From Tubiluchus corallicola (lineage: Eukaryota; Animalia; Priapulida), in the NCBI GenBank assembly GCA_030141605.1, contig JAQGDQ010000165.1, positions 62,001 to 126,000 on the forward strand: a stretch of DNA of 64,000 nucleotides, read 5' to 3'. The position numbers and the translations under genes were made by a program. The notes under the pieces are model-generated. The model worked only from the letters and a program-made list of their open reading frames with translations. It ran no database searches and was not told where the DNA came from. Below are positions 37,701 to 48,980 of this stretch, one piece after another; position 1 is the stretch's first letter; each line of letters starts with the position of its first letter.

Positions 37701-39707
37701 ACTTGTTAATTGCTCACATTAATTGCATTTCCACCACGGTTCTATTTATTTAAGTCTTGAACATTAATATGATAATACTCAGGAAGCATACATACATACA
37801 TACATACATACATACATACATACATACATACATACATACATACATACATACATACATACATACATACATACATACATACATACATACATACATACATACA
37901 TACATACATACATACATACATCACAAATTAACATAATTTTCAACAGCAAAAATATTCCATAAGCATGTTGCATGTGTTTACGAAAGCAGAAATTGAAGTA
38001 CGCTGCTACTGTAAGATATTCAGTGTGTTGTACTAAAACTAGGCATGTTTTAAGCTAAAAGTTCAAATTTCAAATTTACCGCTGAGCTCACGCAGAAACT
38101 GTCGAACGTTTGCAGTTCGTCAGAAACGAATATGTCTGAACTAAGAGATACACCACCCATTTTTTTTGCAAAATGTTGCCAAAATGCAGGCGTTAGTACC
38201 CATTTAACTAGCGAATGATGAAATGCATGTAACAGCGGGAAACTAGTGGCGCGAACATGGAATTTTGTCTGCGTGATAATAACTCTTTTGCAAAAGTCGT
38301 TTTTGAAAAGTAGTATGTTTCCTTTCAATATTTTAAAGAATAGATTGTTTTTACATACAGTTTAAGATTTGGTCCAGTTTTGCTTTAAGCTTGTAATGAA
38401 GTCAGTTTACATCTTATAGGAGTTAAAAAATATCCAAACTCTAGAAGAGCTTGAAGCATTTATGGTGAAACATGGAGAAAATACCATAGACAGGCTTGGA
38501 ATCGAAATAGACCGGATAGAAGCAGAAATGAAGGTGAGGTAGATTATTTTAGCATGCAAATAAAACAAGCTTATTGATCATTTCCAATGATTGTTAATTT
38601 CTCTTTTGGGCTTTGAATTTGATTGTTTGTGTGGTCTAATAAGCCTTTGCACAGTTTTGTGTGCAAGTGCAGTTGCAGGAGGCCAAAGGGTAGGTTCTAG
38701 CTAGCTGTTAAAACTGTTACTATTACAACAGCATGGGCTGTGAGGCGTTGTCAAGCGTACACAAATGTGTTGTCTGGTTTACTTAACCTTTGACCTTTTC
38801 AAGATCATCATCAATCGCTGGAACTGTGAAAAGGCTTTTTGTAATGAAACCTTTTTAAATGTTATACACTGCAATTAGGTTTCATTACATTAAGCCTATA
38901 TTATTATATAGGCTTAATGTAATGAAACCTAATTGCAGTGTATAACATTTAAAAAGCAGTGTATAACATTTTAAACATATTATACATTATAATATAAGCC
39001 TATACAATAATATATATTTATAATACCATATATATATAATATATATTTATACAATATGTAAATGTGTACATTTGCTATTCTCGGCTAAACAAGAACTCTG
39101 TGTTAGACATGTAAGGTATCAAACTGTTTGTCTTGGTTGTGTGTTTAATTTCGAATCACACGACAAGAAAAACTTAAAGCAAAAAATCCTTTTTTTTCTA
39201 AAATTTTCAAAATGTTCTCTTACTAATAGTCTAGTGCTAACATATTTCTTTTCATTAACGATTACATTACAATTTTTAGAGGCGTTTACAAAAATTATAA
39301 AGAATTATGGGAAAACATCAGGGATATGTATCTAGTCTGTGTCAGACATGTACAGTTGATCAGTGGATGGTAGATTACCTGTAAAACAGCTTTTTTACAG
39401 TTTCATGTGCTTTTTGTGACCGTTTGCCTTTTTGAGAAAGAATGCTATCAGACTGGAACGTATTTCTGCTGTTGCAGTCTCACATTTTGTAAGACTACTC
39501 CATGATAAGTACCCATGTTCTGGTTCTGCTACAACTATCTACATTACTAAGCAGTGCCTGCCAATGAGCCTCATAGCTTACAGAACACCAAACTATAAAA
39601 AAAACCATGCTTACGTAACACCTTGCGAATGCCATAGTAACACGGTGCTTGTATAATTTCAGAAACGACATCCGGAAATTCGCCACGTTGACCTCGAAGT
39701 GTTGTGA
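14735..39707 (+). CDS. SLC30A9: Zinc transporter 9 (mitochondrial CDF family), 16 coding exons, 578 aa with exon 3a or 563 aa with exon 3b
   Basis: Exons 14735-14923, 16431-16524, 17101-17245 (3a) or 18806-18905 (3b), 19600-19689, 21763-21845, 22622-22728, 23968-24026, 24567-24669, 30475-30530, 31711-31886, 33715-33786, 34429-34639, 35141-35203, 36833-36962, 38420-38533, 39663-39707. All phases join. Motifs: RRSPYDD..TVHLRSDVEAK, WLYTGSHSMFSEMIHSLADTCNQ, PDPGHPYGYSNMRYVSSLISGVGIF, LLEDFAAV, RAIHDVKATDLG...RFKAEVDFDG, RHVDLEVL*. The basic, hydroxylated N-terminus fits a mitochondrial presequence. The first two exons are less conserved and less certain. Confidence 0.95.
14966..15682. mobile_element. 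TA-flanked MITE, family B
   Basis: taCAGTAATGTCCTCAC ... TTAAGCGAGGACTTACTG imperfect TIRs. Confidence 0.6.
16573..16704. repeat. (GA)n microsatellite
   Basis: Directly visible. Confidence 0.97.
17101..17245 (+). CDS. SLC30A9: SLC30A9 alternative exon 3a (His-rich)
   Basis: tcttgtctag| ... |gtgaat; phase 1 in, phase 2 out; encodes VVPKSSHQHEHPHQRIERHRKKIDYSKKSLANNYVTPLRAMYEYLLKP. Confidence 0.85.
17330..17953. mobile_element. Family B MITE interrupted by a family A Kolobok-like element (17344-17898)
   Basis: taCAGTAAGTCCTCTC[ttaaAGGAAAACCAGAC...GTCCGGTTTTCCTttaa]CG...TTAAGCGAGGACTCACTGta. Confidence 0.85.
18356..18672. mobile_element. MITE, possibly PIF/Harbinger-like (family G)
   Basis: Imperfect TIRs gccgcgtttggactag ... 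ctgctctgaatgtgccgc; the reverse complement of 18560-18670 matches 56328-56460. Confidence 0.55.
18806..18905 (+). CDS. SLC30A9: SLC30A9 alternative exon 3b (paralogous to exon 3a)
   Basis: ttttattttcatag| ... |gtgaat; phase 1 in, phase 2 out; encodes VIPRISRIDYRKTYTANNTLTAYRAMNEYLLKA; open frame. Confidence 0.85.
19000..19398. mobile_element. MITE, family F (Tc1/mariner-like TIR CAGTGTACACTCATATCTCGG)
   Basis: acattcatatctcgatttgccagac ... gtctggcaaaccgagatatgggtgt; homologous ends at 22940-23092 and (reverse) 37052-37210. Confidence 0.65.
19990..21465. mobile_element. Foldback-type element with about 550-bp inverted arms
   Basis: About 19990-20540 is the reverse complement, with mismatches, of about 20935-21465 (e.g. 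ctattcattcctacttactctgtagt vs actacagagtaagtaggaatgaatag). Confidence 0.85.
22150..22415. repeat. About 40-bp minisatellite, 6-7 diverged units
   Basis: Unit caccacaaacagttgaaaaatgcaccactgttgctgtaa. Confidence 0.85.
22940..23092. mobile_element. Family F MITE terminal fragment
   Basis: Matches 19224-19398. Confidence 0.65.
23470..23960. repeat. 60-bp minisatellite, about 8 units
   Basis: Unit tgagtacatttacatacattgcagaatcaacatagctgtgcttgccaaatgtgttcatat aligns vertically across 60-nt lines. Confidence 0.95.
24140..24418. mobile_element. Kolobok-like family C, deleted copy in reverse orientation
   Basis: aaaatgacttacataaaagaattattaccacacaaacac ... catcctgtctccctttaa. Confidence 0.7.
26825..28739 (-). 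CDS. Nested, probably secreted PAN/Apple-domain plus C-type lectin-like domain protein, 2 exons, about 234 aa
   Basis: Exon 28739-28436 (hydrophobic leader VVVLSMINCFAWLSVTSC; SQLACAHHCDARPGCIGFN...CDL, PAN/Apple cysteine spacing) with donor G|gtaagg phase 1; exon 27225-26825 with acceptor ttgcag|GT phase 1 (CGTDFLEFRGSCYYL...TWDNTRQVC...GGDLVSFES..E...WIW...WHDDEPQ...FVCEK). An alternative start ATG lies at 28700. Confidence 0.82.
29623..30186. repeat. 31-bp minisatellite, about 18 units, with an internal palindrome
   Basis: Unit gtgagttaggtacacctaagtttgtgagtcc containing TTAGGT-AC-ACCTAA. Confidence 0.92.
30828..31098 (+). mobile_element. TIR element enclosing a degenerate (TTAGGG)n array
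   Basis: gtttacaattccctcacaca ... about 200 bp of TTAGGG variants ... tgtgtggggaattgtaaac. Confidence 0.75.
31285..31661. mobile_element. MITE family D (TIR AATAAGCCTTTTCACAGTT), superfamily unassigned
   Basis: ttttcacagttccagcgattgatgatgat ... aactgtgaaaaagcttatt; homologous to six other copies in the window. Confidence 0.8.
34914..35003. mobile_element. MITE family D terminal fragment
   Basis: ttaagacgcattgctgtg...tgtgaaaaggtttatt matches 31579-31661. Confidence 0.7.
36329..36720. mobile_element. MITE family D, full-length, reverse orientation
   Basis: aataagcctttttcacag ... ctgtgaaaaggcatatt. Confidence 0.82.
37052..37210. mobile_element. Family F MITE terminal fragment
   Basis: taCAGTGTACACTCATATCTCGGTTTGCTGGAC, reverse complement of 19260-19398. 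Confidence 0.6.
37788..37920. repeat. (CATA)n microsatellite
   Basis: Directly visible. Confidence 0.97.
37921..38388. mobile_element. Kolobok-like family C, truncated copy
   Basis: Homologous to 57546-57960; ends ggtccagttttgctttaa. Confidence 0.8.
38638..38840. mobile_element. MITE family D, internally deleted
   Basis: aataagcctttgcacag ... ctgtgaaaaggcttttt. Confidence 0.78.
38851..38956. repeat. Perfect 51-bp inverted repeat with a 4-nt loop
   Basis: 38851-38901 is the exact reverse complement of 38906-38956; loop TATT. Confidence 0.93.
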
Positions 39708-39920
39708 TCGCTATGTCTTTTCCGGATAAAAGAGCCTGTGATCGTTTCCTGCAGGAAGGTACATGACCGATGCACCTAAACTTCAGTTTTTATCGTTGTA
39801 TGTACTCTGTACTCCAGCACAGATGTGAGATTTCTTTATGTACACTTAATTATGATTCACGAAAATTTGTACTCAGGAGAATTATAGGAGACCAAGTCAT
39901 AATCGAATTTTTTATAACTA

Positions 39921-40437
39921 TACTGTTTATAGTAATTAGTCTGTGTGAGACTAATTTTGAAATCGACTTTTCAATGTGCACTGTCAAAATTAGTCTGTGT
40001 GAGTAATTTTCCACACAGACTAATTTTATAGAATTTTTTCAGTGAAATTTTGCTTTTCAATCAGAATTTTCTTCAGTTGGGTTCGTAGTCAGAGCTAGAA
40101 GTTTCTTCATCAGTTGGCTTGCCATTGAACTCTTCTTGGTATTTTGCTATGATTTCCTACAACACCGGGCACAGTTGAGGTGTATTCCATTTACTGTCCA
40201 CATCCAGTGCCAGACCATCCCAGTTCCTGGCAAAATTCAGACACTTTTCATCCTGCTGAGCATTTGCTGTATGTGCAGAGTCAGCTGCCAGGTTCCATAA
40301 TCCTTTGTTTCACATGTGGAAGACATGCACAGCCCAGTGCAACACAGACTAATTAAATACTGGAAAAATATGCAAAAAGTGAGACTATTCTTCCACACAG
40401 ACTAATATTTCATACAGACTAATTATACCAAACAGTG
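39921..40437. mobile_element. TA-flanked MITE with AATTAGTCTGTGTG subterminal repeats, just downstream of the SLC30A9 stop codon
   Basis: tactgtttatagtaattagtctgtgtg ... catacagactaattataccaaacagtgta. Confidence 0.7.
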
Positions 40438-40949
40438 TAGTTAACTTATGCAGTGTAAAGGGAGTGTTTTCAACTAGTGTTCCTTCCTTGAGTTGTGAGT
40501 TTCTGTCAATTTGATCTACACTTTTTATTATTTAATGTACAGGTGTATATAGTCTTGTATAATATCATGTAGGTGTTTGTAGGGAATGTATTTACTTAGG
40601 TTAGTCCTTTTTTACAATTCTTAAAGTACAAACTTAGTTTTAGTTCTTGATGTTTTTCCTGATGGGAGTCAGTATTTTGAGCAAACAGTTTTATTTTGTA
40701 CATTTTGCAAACGATCAGTTTTGACAGCAACTGTCATTTTCAATGCTGCAAATCAAGCCAAAACAAATTAGTACAATTATGACACTACTTCTCAAGGCAT
40801 AGAATAAATTACATCAATACACAGTCACAAGAATGAAATTCAAATTGTCAGAATATGAGGAAATAACTTAGGAAGAGGTTCTCATGTATAGAATACTGTA
40901 AAGAAAACATGTACTACCTTACATATCAGACTCAGGCAAAGAACACAAC

Positions 40950-41625
40950 AACCAGCAAACAATTGCTTTAGTACCACATTGGTGTATGCCAGGCATCTTA
41001 CATCGGTCAGGCGAAAGGTCATCTGTGTACTAGAATTGGAGAGCATCATAAGGGCCAGCTTGGCTCTCACCATACTCCATGCGAGGGTGATTTGAACAGC
41101 TTTGGCTTTGACTCTGCATTTCACATCTTACATAGTGCCAGAAACATTCAGGACCTCAGGATAGCAGAGGCCTTTTATTATATTATGAGGCACCACCCAA
41201 TTTTTAGTACCCAACTATCATCAGTGGCACCATGCTGCACTCTGTCAATTTCTGTGTTCTAAATTAGCTCGACTCTGGGCTCATTGGGTCCTGTAGTGGT
41301 TCTTGTGAATTACTGAGTCTTTGTGTTGTTTGGAGAGTTCTTAGGTTTTTCATATTGTTTCCCTGTTGTGGTTGTGGAAAATGCAAACTGGTATAGACGG
41401 TACTATTTTATGTTTTCTTTACAGTTTTCTTTACATGAGAACCTGTTTCTAAGTTATTTCCACGTATTCTGACAATTTGAATTTCACTCTTATGATTGTG
41501 TAGTGATATAATTCTATTCCTTGATTAGTAGTGTTACAATTGTACTAATTATTATTTGTTTTGGCTTGACTTGTAGCATTGGAAATGACAGTTGCTGCCG
41601 AAACCGATTGTCCGCTCTAATAAAC
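40950..41625 (+). mobile_element. Penelope-like retroelement 3' remnant (GIY-YIG endonuclease)
   Basis: The frame from 40981 reads VCQASYIGQAKGHLCTRIGEH...FHILHSARNIQDLRIAEAFYYIMRHHP; a hammerhead-like segment (41579-41612) and AATAAA (41619) follow. Confidence 0.72.
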
Positions 41626-43789
41626 AACATGTTTGTTTTGTTTTGTTTGTTTTTTATCTGTTTTCCATGTACCTGTTACTTTACTGCATTTGGAGACAAA
41701 AGTAAAGTATAAAAAATTTTTATGTTCCCTGTGGTTTGAACTTGAGACTTCTCACATACAAGACTGGATTAGGACAATTAGCTGTCCCTTTCAGGCATTT
41801 TGACCTACATTGCTAACATTTTAAAAACCCCGCTCACTATAGACATATACAGCAGTTTATTTATGTGTAAATAATGTTTTTTATTTAATATACAGCTTGT
41901 GATATATCTGACTTTAGAGTATATTTCTGCAGTTTAATTACAAAACATGAACGACATAAAGACCATTGTTAATATACAGATGAGAAATGAAAAATTTGTG
42001 ATCATGCCCGTAAAATGGAAAGGCACGTACATCGGTATGTCATGGGGTGCATATTGCATTTAATTATGTATAGTAAGTGCATTTATTGGTGTAGAATACA
42101 CCAAAGAACGTTTATTTGCTTTATTGTACATTAATTTGCAATGTGAATGGTGTTTGAAACATTGATAGTTGTTATGTCAACACGAATGTTGGAATTAATA
42201 ATAAAACTTGGGGGAAATACCATTTGATCAATGTGAAATTTATTTCTCTTATGAATGCCATAATTAATATTTCAAATGTAAATCTTTTGAGCAGACATGT
42301 GCATTTAGTTCCTAAAAATGACAATAGGGCGACAACAGGGGAATTATTAGGTGGTCACTGTGTGCTTAGCGGACAAAGTTTAACAACATTAGGATTGGTT
42401 AGTAAATTGATAGGTGGTATTAGTAAAACTGCTGCTGGACAGTTTTAACTACCTTCAACTATTTCCTTCAATGAAGAAGCATGTCTATGTGTCAAAATGT
42501 GGCTGAAACACCTGTACCAATTCTGTGTTTCTTCTTAGGGAATTGTCCTTGATAAGTGACTGGTCCTGCTACAACTATTAGCGTGATAAAGAATTTCTGT
42601 TTGCTGAGCTTTGGCTTAAAACTGACAACAATTATAGGAAAAATAAAAATCTTCAAAAAATGAAATGCCTCATTTCTGTTTTTGATATAATAATAATAAT
42701 CGTAATCATAATTATGTTTATCAAAGCAGTTAGTTATTAGCAATTTCACCATTCACAGCACTCACGTCACTGTTTCTGGTCTTGTATACATTTGATAAAA
42801 TCTTATCTTTATAATAATGGTTTAAAACTGAAATTGGATCAAATCTACTTTTGAAGCATTTTACACTATACTAGCGTAGTATAAATAGACCTGCAGAATA
42901 AATGGCTTGACTACTCTTATTAATTTAAACATATTGTGTGATATATAATTATTGTTACAATATGACAGAAGAAATTTGTAAAATTATTCACATGTTCGAG
43001 GAAGTCATTTCTATGGCAAGATTTTTTAAAAAATTTTGTAGGAGCCATTATTTCAGTAATAATTCTCACAGGCGACAGGTGGTAGCACTTTGTTAACTGT
43101 GGTCTGTAGCTACGCAGATCCTTTTGAACTGTACATTAAGAGTTATGAGAAATACTTATGCCGCTGCCGCGCAATATTTGACCTTCTAAATTTAAGAAGA
43201 AGAGCTTAGTTTTTGTTGCGAACTGACTTGACCTTATGCAGATGAATATGAAACACGCACGTGTTTTTAGCGCACTATTTTCACGCATTTGCACACATCT
43301 GCAGAAATGTATTATGAAAGCTGCGACCACACAGTCAGGAAGTTAATGTACTCAAAGAGGTTTATTTAATAATTACTACTGTGTTTGCGCAGACAAGGTG
43401 TCTTCCTCTACATCCGGGTTCTATGGGTATAGCAACTTTTTGACGGGAGCTGATGGAATAACGGAAGATGGATTTAATAACTTTCAGCTTGTGGTGTCTG
43501 AAGAGTGCATGTGAAGATTTTATTTTGACTAGAACGTAGATTTTTTTATTAACGAAAGCCTCAACAAATCGACGCCAATCACATTTTCCCGTATTATTTT
43601 AAATAACGTCCGACTTTATCTTATATTAATATCTTCTTCTAAAATTTTGATATAAAATCTAAATTTTTTAAATATAGGTTGGCAGAAAGACTGTTGATTT
43701 TATTATTTTTTCATGCAGGTGCAATTTTGCTCTTCTCCATGATCATCAGTATATGGGAATACGTAGGACGTTTACTCGTTTGTCAATTT

Positions 43790-44110
43790 CATTCATTCAT
43801 TCCTTTATTTATTCATTTATCCATCCATCCGTCCATCCATCCATCAATCCATCTATCATTCATTCATCCATCCGTCCGTCCGTCCATCCATCCATCCATT
43901 CATCCTTCCATCCACCCATCAATCCATCTATCATTAATTCATTCATTCATCCATCCATCCATCCATCCATCCATCCATCTATTCACCCATCCATCCATCT
44001 ATTCACCCATCCATCCATCTACCATTCACTCATCCATCCATCCATCCATCCATCCATCCATCCATCCATCCATTCATTCATCCATCCATCCATCCATTCA
44101 TCCATCTATC
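43790..44110. repeat. (CCAT)n/(TCAT)n microsatellite
   Basis: Directly visible. Confidence 0.96.
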
Positions 44111-46386
44111 CAAAAGTCAAGAAAACAAAAAGTCCTTATCTACTATCCCCACCTACTTTCTAGTAGTACAAAAAAAAACAGATGTTGAATTAGAAAAGTA
44201 TTATTTTATTAAGATTTTATGAAACTTTCTCATGCACGACACAAAGTGAAGCAATGTAATCATTTGTCGAAAACCAAGAAAAATCCTAATATACAAGTTT
44301 AAAGTCAACGAACTGTCATACCTTTACATTGACTACAGTGATTATGAAGCGAATTATTTCCCCCCTGTAAGCGAAAGTCAGTGAGCTGTCAATTACCAAA
44401 AGAGGGCGTGACCGCTGCAGCCTTACACACGAAAGTTCCTGAAGCCAAAACCTCAAGCAGCAAGGTACGAGCGAGCAGTATCAGACAGGCTTCCGCGCTG
44501 ATGATGATGATGGTCGTGGAAAGACTGTAACGATTTTCTTTGCTCTGAATTGCTTGAGATTGCAATCTTGATGCGCTGAAATTGCAATCTTGATGCGACG
44601 AAGAGCTGCTAACGTTGATAACATGATGATGTTTTAGCGTTAATTTGTTATGACGTGACTGGAATGGCGCTAAGAGATGTGAGAAAATTAGACAGGTTGT
44701 AATCAGGTGAGTTCTAATTCTTACTGAACTTAGTTAAAAAGTCGTATTACACTTTGTATTATCGATGTATGAGATTTTAGAAATGCACGAGAATTCGCTT
44801 CCATCTGAATTCAAACCCCGACTAGTCCACAATTTTTCAGTGTCACCTTTCTCCAACTCATTACCCGCAATGGTAAAATAAACTGCAATGATTTATAAAA
44901 TTCTGGCAGTCACAGCGATAATTAATTATGATTAACACTGAATTTATAATGAATTTAATTAAAATTAGTTTCGATTGAGTGCAGTGTTATATTGAACTCA
45001 TTATGAATGACTAGTTACGGTAGTGGAATAGTCATCATGTTGACTACCAATCATTAGAAGCCGGGTTCAGTTCCCGAGTTTCAAATTTTATTGATGATTT
45101 ATTATTTATGTATTAATTATTTATTACATATTTGTTTGTTCATTTTATATATTTATTAATTTTACTTATCAAGTTATAAAAAGTGAAATTCATTCACTGC
45201 TTCACAGTAAGACTATTTTACTTTCCTTTATTTCTAGATATTTTTCGATTTGAAAGTTGCTTAATATGTGTAATTAAAATCAAAAATAGCAAACTTTAAA
45301 TTACGCTCGCTACCATTCTGTATCTTATAACTTTGACGTCAGAAATTAAAAGCGAAAAAATAATTGTATTTCAGTCAAAGAAAGTAGACGAGATTAAATG
45401 CTGGAATAGGTCGAAATGTAATAGGAATCTTACTTGCTTATAATGCAGTTTCAACAGTATAGCTTCATGTAGGGTTTCCGCCCCGTCATGAACCGCGGAA
45501 ACTAAAACCAACAAGTTTAACTTTAAACTACAAAGTAGTACAAATTTCTTGATTTTCGAATCCAAAAAGCCCTAAAAGTCTAAAACTTACAAAAGTTTCA
45601 GCAGTGTATATCAATTTTTTGGAGTTTCTTTCCAGTCACATTTCTCTCGTTTTCTGAGGTTTCTGGGATCGGTTTAGCAATCGAATTATTAAGCACTTTA
45701 TGTTACGTGAATTAAAGCTAAAGCGGAACATTACTTGTCTTGCAGCACTTGCCGCTGGCAAGTAAAAATTCGTGAAAAATATAGACCGGATAAGTTTGCT
45801 GTTACCTTAATTAGCAGAGACTTAGCTGTTTTTGGCTTAATCTTTTGCAAAGTTTCAATAACATGCAAGTTGTGGTTTTGCTTTTTTCCACTTAAGCTTC
45901 AATGTGATGGTCGAACTCAGGATATTTCAGAATGTTTCAAAAATCCGACCGAACTACGAATCTATGACCGAATTTCAGGAGACGTCGGGCCAAATCAGGA
46001 GTGCTGGCAATCCTTGCTTCACGTGGTGCAATTGCTACTAACATTAAGCTGTTTATAGTAGAAAAAACTCCAACAACTTGTAGTTTACAGTGATTAGTTT
46101 GTAGCTAGAAATGTAAATAAGAAACTTAAACCACAACAAGATGTTAGGCGGCGGCAGGCGGCAAGGATAACAGGGTATATTATGACTCTGGCGGCGGACA
46201 AGAACACTTCTAAAACTGATTGCTAATAAAAGACTTTCAGTTTTGTGCCTTTAAGAATGTTGTGATTTTACTTCGCGTATTTTACTAGCTTTTTACTGGC
46301 GACAAGCGAGTCTAGGAACACGTGTGTCATTGAGTACGTATTCTAGAGCCATTTATAGTGTCGTGGTCGGTGTTTGATATTGCTTG

Positions 46387-46691
46387 AATAAGCCTTTTCA
46401 CGGTTCCAGCGATTGATGATGATCGTGAAAAGGTCAAAGATTAAGTGTACCAGCTACGCATTTGTGTACACTTGACAGCGCCTCGCAGTCCATGCTATTG
46501 TAAATTTAACAGTTTAAGCAGCTAGCTAGAATCTTACCTAGTCCGCTATTAAATCAGTCGACGTATACATTAATGCATAGTTAAGTAAAGCCCACGTAGA
46601 ACAACTGAAATTACTGAACTGGTGCGGCAGACGGCTTTGCTTTACACACACGTCACGCGACGGGTGTAATTAAGACGCATTGCTGTGGTAT
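46387..46691. mobile_element. MITE family D, truncated
   Basis: aataagccttttcacggttccagcgattgatgatgatc. Confidence 0.8.
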
Positions 46692-47019
46692 CTTGCAGGA
46701 TACCGAATTGTAAAAAATGACAAACGCTTGTAGGTGGTAAGCAGTAATACGAACTTTTATAAGTGCTCGCTGTTTATATTTAAAATATCTTCTATGTATA
46801 ATTTTCTGCGTGACTCGTAGTCCAGTTGTAGGTGTAAGTAACTTATTGTATACAACAAGTAGTGTCTTATCAATGCAGTCAGCTGTGTAAGGTTAAAACA
46901 CAGTTACCCCAAATAAGAAGCTACTTGTACACGTGGGAATTGAAATGTTCCTAACTTCTGGGGAGAACTAAATCATCTCAGATATGGCTTCATAAATAAG
47001 ATTTCTCAGTCATTATACA

Positions 47020-47330
47020 TATTTATAAATCCAGTTTTTCCCTCAGGTTGCTTCTCTGTAGTATTCACTACCAAAAAAATTCTTCGCCTGAAACCTGTCA
47101 TATCACTCGACTCAAGAAAAACGTCTATGGATACATACAAATCCATTTTCCCTCGGGTTGCTTCTCTGAGGTATTCACTACCAAAAATGCTTTCCTGAAA
47201 CCTGTAACGTCATTCGATTCCAGAAAAAGCTTGTATGGATACTTACAGATCCATTTTCCCTTAGGCTGATCCCTTAGCCAGTAAAAATGTTTCCCTGAAC
47301 GCCCTGTGTACCTTTACTCGATTCAAGAAG
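47020..47330. repeat. About 110-bp tandem repeat, about 3 diverged units
   Basis: atcca.tttt.cct..gg.tg recurs at about 47029, 47141 and 47249. Confidence 0.75.
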
Positions 47331-47499
47331 CGCATCAACAGGCATTTCCTCTCACTGTAAAATTAGTTACACGAGATTTCATGTTACTTGACGTGTATAG
47401 GTACGTGTATCTTTAGTTTTCTGCCTTTGCTATTTACATTGAGTATCACTAGTTTGGCTTATTTGGGACGATTTGTAGGGGGAGTCCTGCTAGTGATTA

Positions 47500-47980
47500 C
47501 GTCACAACTGAACATAATTTTCAACATTCTAAGAGCAGGCTGAAAGTTGTTTGCAAAAGCGAAAATTGAAGTACAGTATTACTGTACAACATTCTGTGTA
47601 ATATACAAAAAGTCGGCAAGCTTTAAGACAAAAACTCAAATTTCAAATTAACCGCATGAGCTGTCGAACGTGTGTACACACGTAATCGAAATTGTGTACT
47701 ACGCCAGAAACTAACACCTCTGAACTGAGAGGTACAGCACCTGTTTTTCATGCAACGCGTTTACGGAATGCAGGCGCTAGTGCCCGTCTAACTAACGTGG
47801 AACGAATAGCGAAATGCATGTAAAAGCGAAGAACTGGCCGGGGGAACATGAAATTATTTTTGCGTGATAATAATTCTTTCACATAAGTCATTTTTTAAAA
47901 AATAGCATGTTTCGTTTCAATATTTTGAATTGTTGATTGTTTTGACCAACAGTTTAAGATTGGGTCCAGTTTTCCTTTAA
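47500..47980. mobile_element. Kolobok-like family C copy
   Basis: Homologous to 57546-57960; ends tgggtccagttttcctttaa. Confidence 0.8.
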
Positions 47981-48644
47981 ATAACCCGAAGATCTCAACA
48001 ATTGTCAACGCCTTGCTTTAGTCAATAAGTCAATAATGCTTTCAGTAACAGATTGAGTGCCTGTCTTACAAGATTTAAGCCTGTATATTAAACGCCTTGG
48101 CGTTTGTCTCGTACCAAATGAGCAACCCAATTAGGACGCCAGATTTCATGCCTGTGCTCCAGTTATTTCTGCCTAAATGGCTTCATTATTATTGTGCACA
48201 GGAGGCGTTTCAGTCTGCTGTTTCAAATCAAGGCTCGTGTGGTTATTATAATAATGCCATGCGGGTAGTTAATTCACGAATAAATTGCTTTGTCGATTTA
48301 GTGGATTGTTCTCAGAATAGGCAGCCAGAAAAGCTTTAAAAATGTTGATACATGGAGGGATAACTTGGCTTCGGGGGTGGAAACAAATTAAAAATTGCAC
48401 CTATAATTTCACAATATTTTTTTAAATGAAGTAAGATTTTGGTCATTAATAGATAATAATGTCATTACAGTTGTAAACATGATGAAATAATTACAATAAT
48501 TAAGAAGAATCTGATTTTTCTGGTTACAAGATTTAATTCCGAGTTTGTAATCCATTGGCTTATAATTCCTTCCAAGTAAATGTGACATTGAACTGCAGGA
48601 ATTATAATTACTGTCGGTCTTACCACGTATTACAATTCTGGCGA

Positions 48645-48980
48645 CATCATTACGATCATCATCATCATCATCGTTATCATCTTTGTCATCGTCATTATCA
48701 TCGTCATCATCATTATCATTTTGATCACCACATTTGTCACCACCATTGCCATCATCATGATCACCGTCACCACCGCCAGTACTACCAAAATTATTATCAT
48801 CATCGTCATCATCATCATCATCTTCTTCATTATCATCGTCGTCATTGTCGTCATCGTCATCGTCATCACTTCCGTCACCACATTCGCCATCATCATTGCC
48901 ATCATCATCATCACCACCACCACCTCCGCCACTGCCACTACTACCAAAATTATCATCATCGTCGTCACCATCATTACCAT
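48645..48980. repeat. Degenerate (CAT/CAC/CGT)n trinucleotide tract with an internal duplication of about 160 bp
   Basis: actaccaaaatta recurs at about 48781 and 48940. Confidence 0.9.

Noticed and set aside
43679-44188. HPSI-repeat ORFs with a hydrophobic N-terminus
   Set aside because: Translation of a (CCAT)n microsatellite.
45016-45082. tRNA gene
   Set aside because: Has a B-box-like GGGTTCAGTTCCC but no complete cloverleaf; at most a decayed SINE head.
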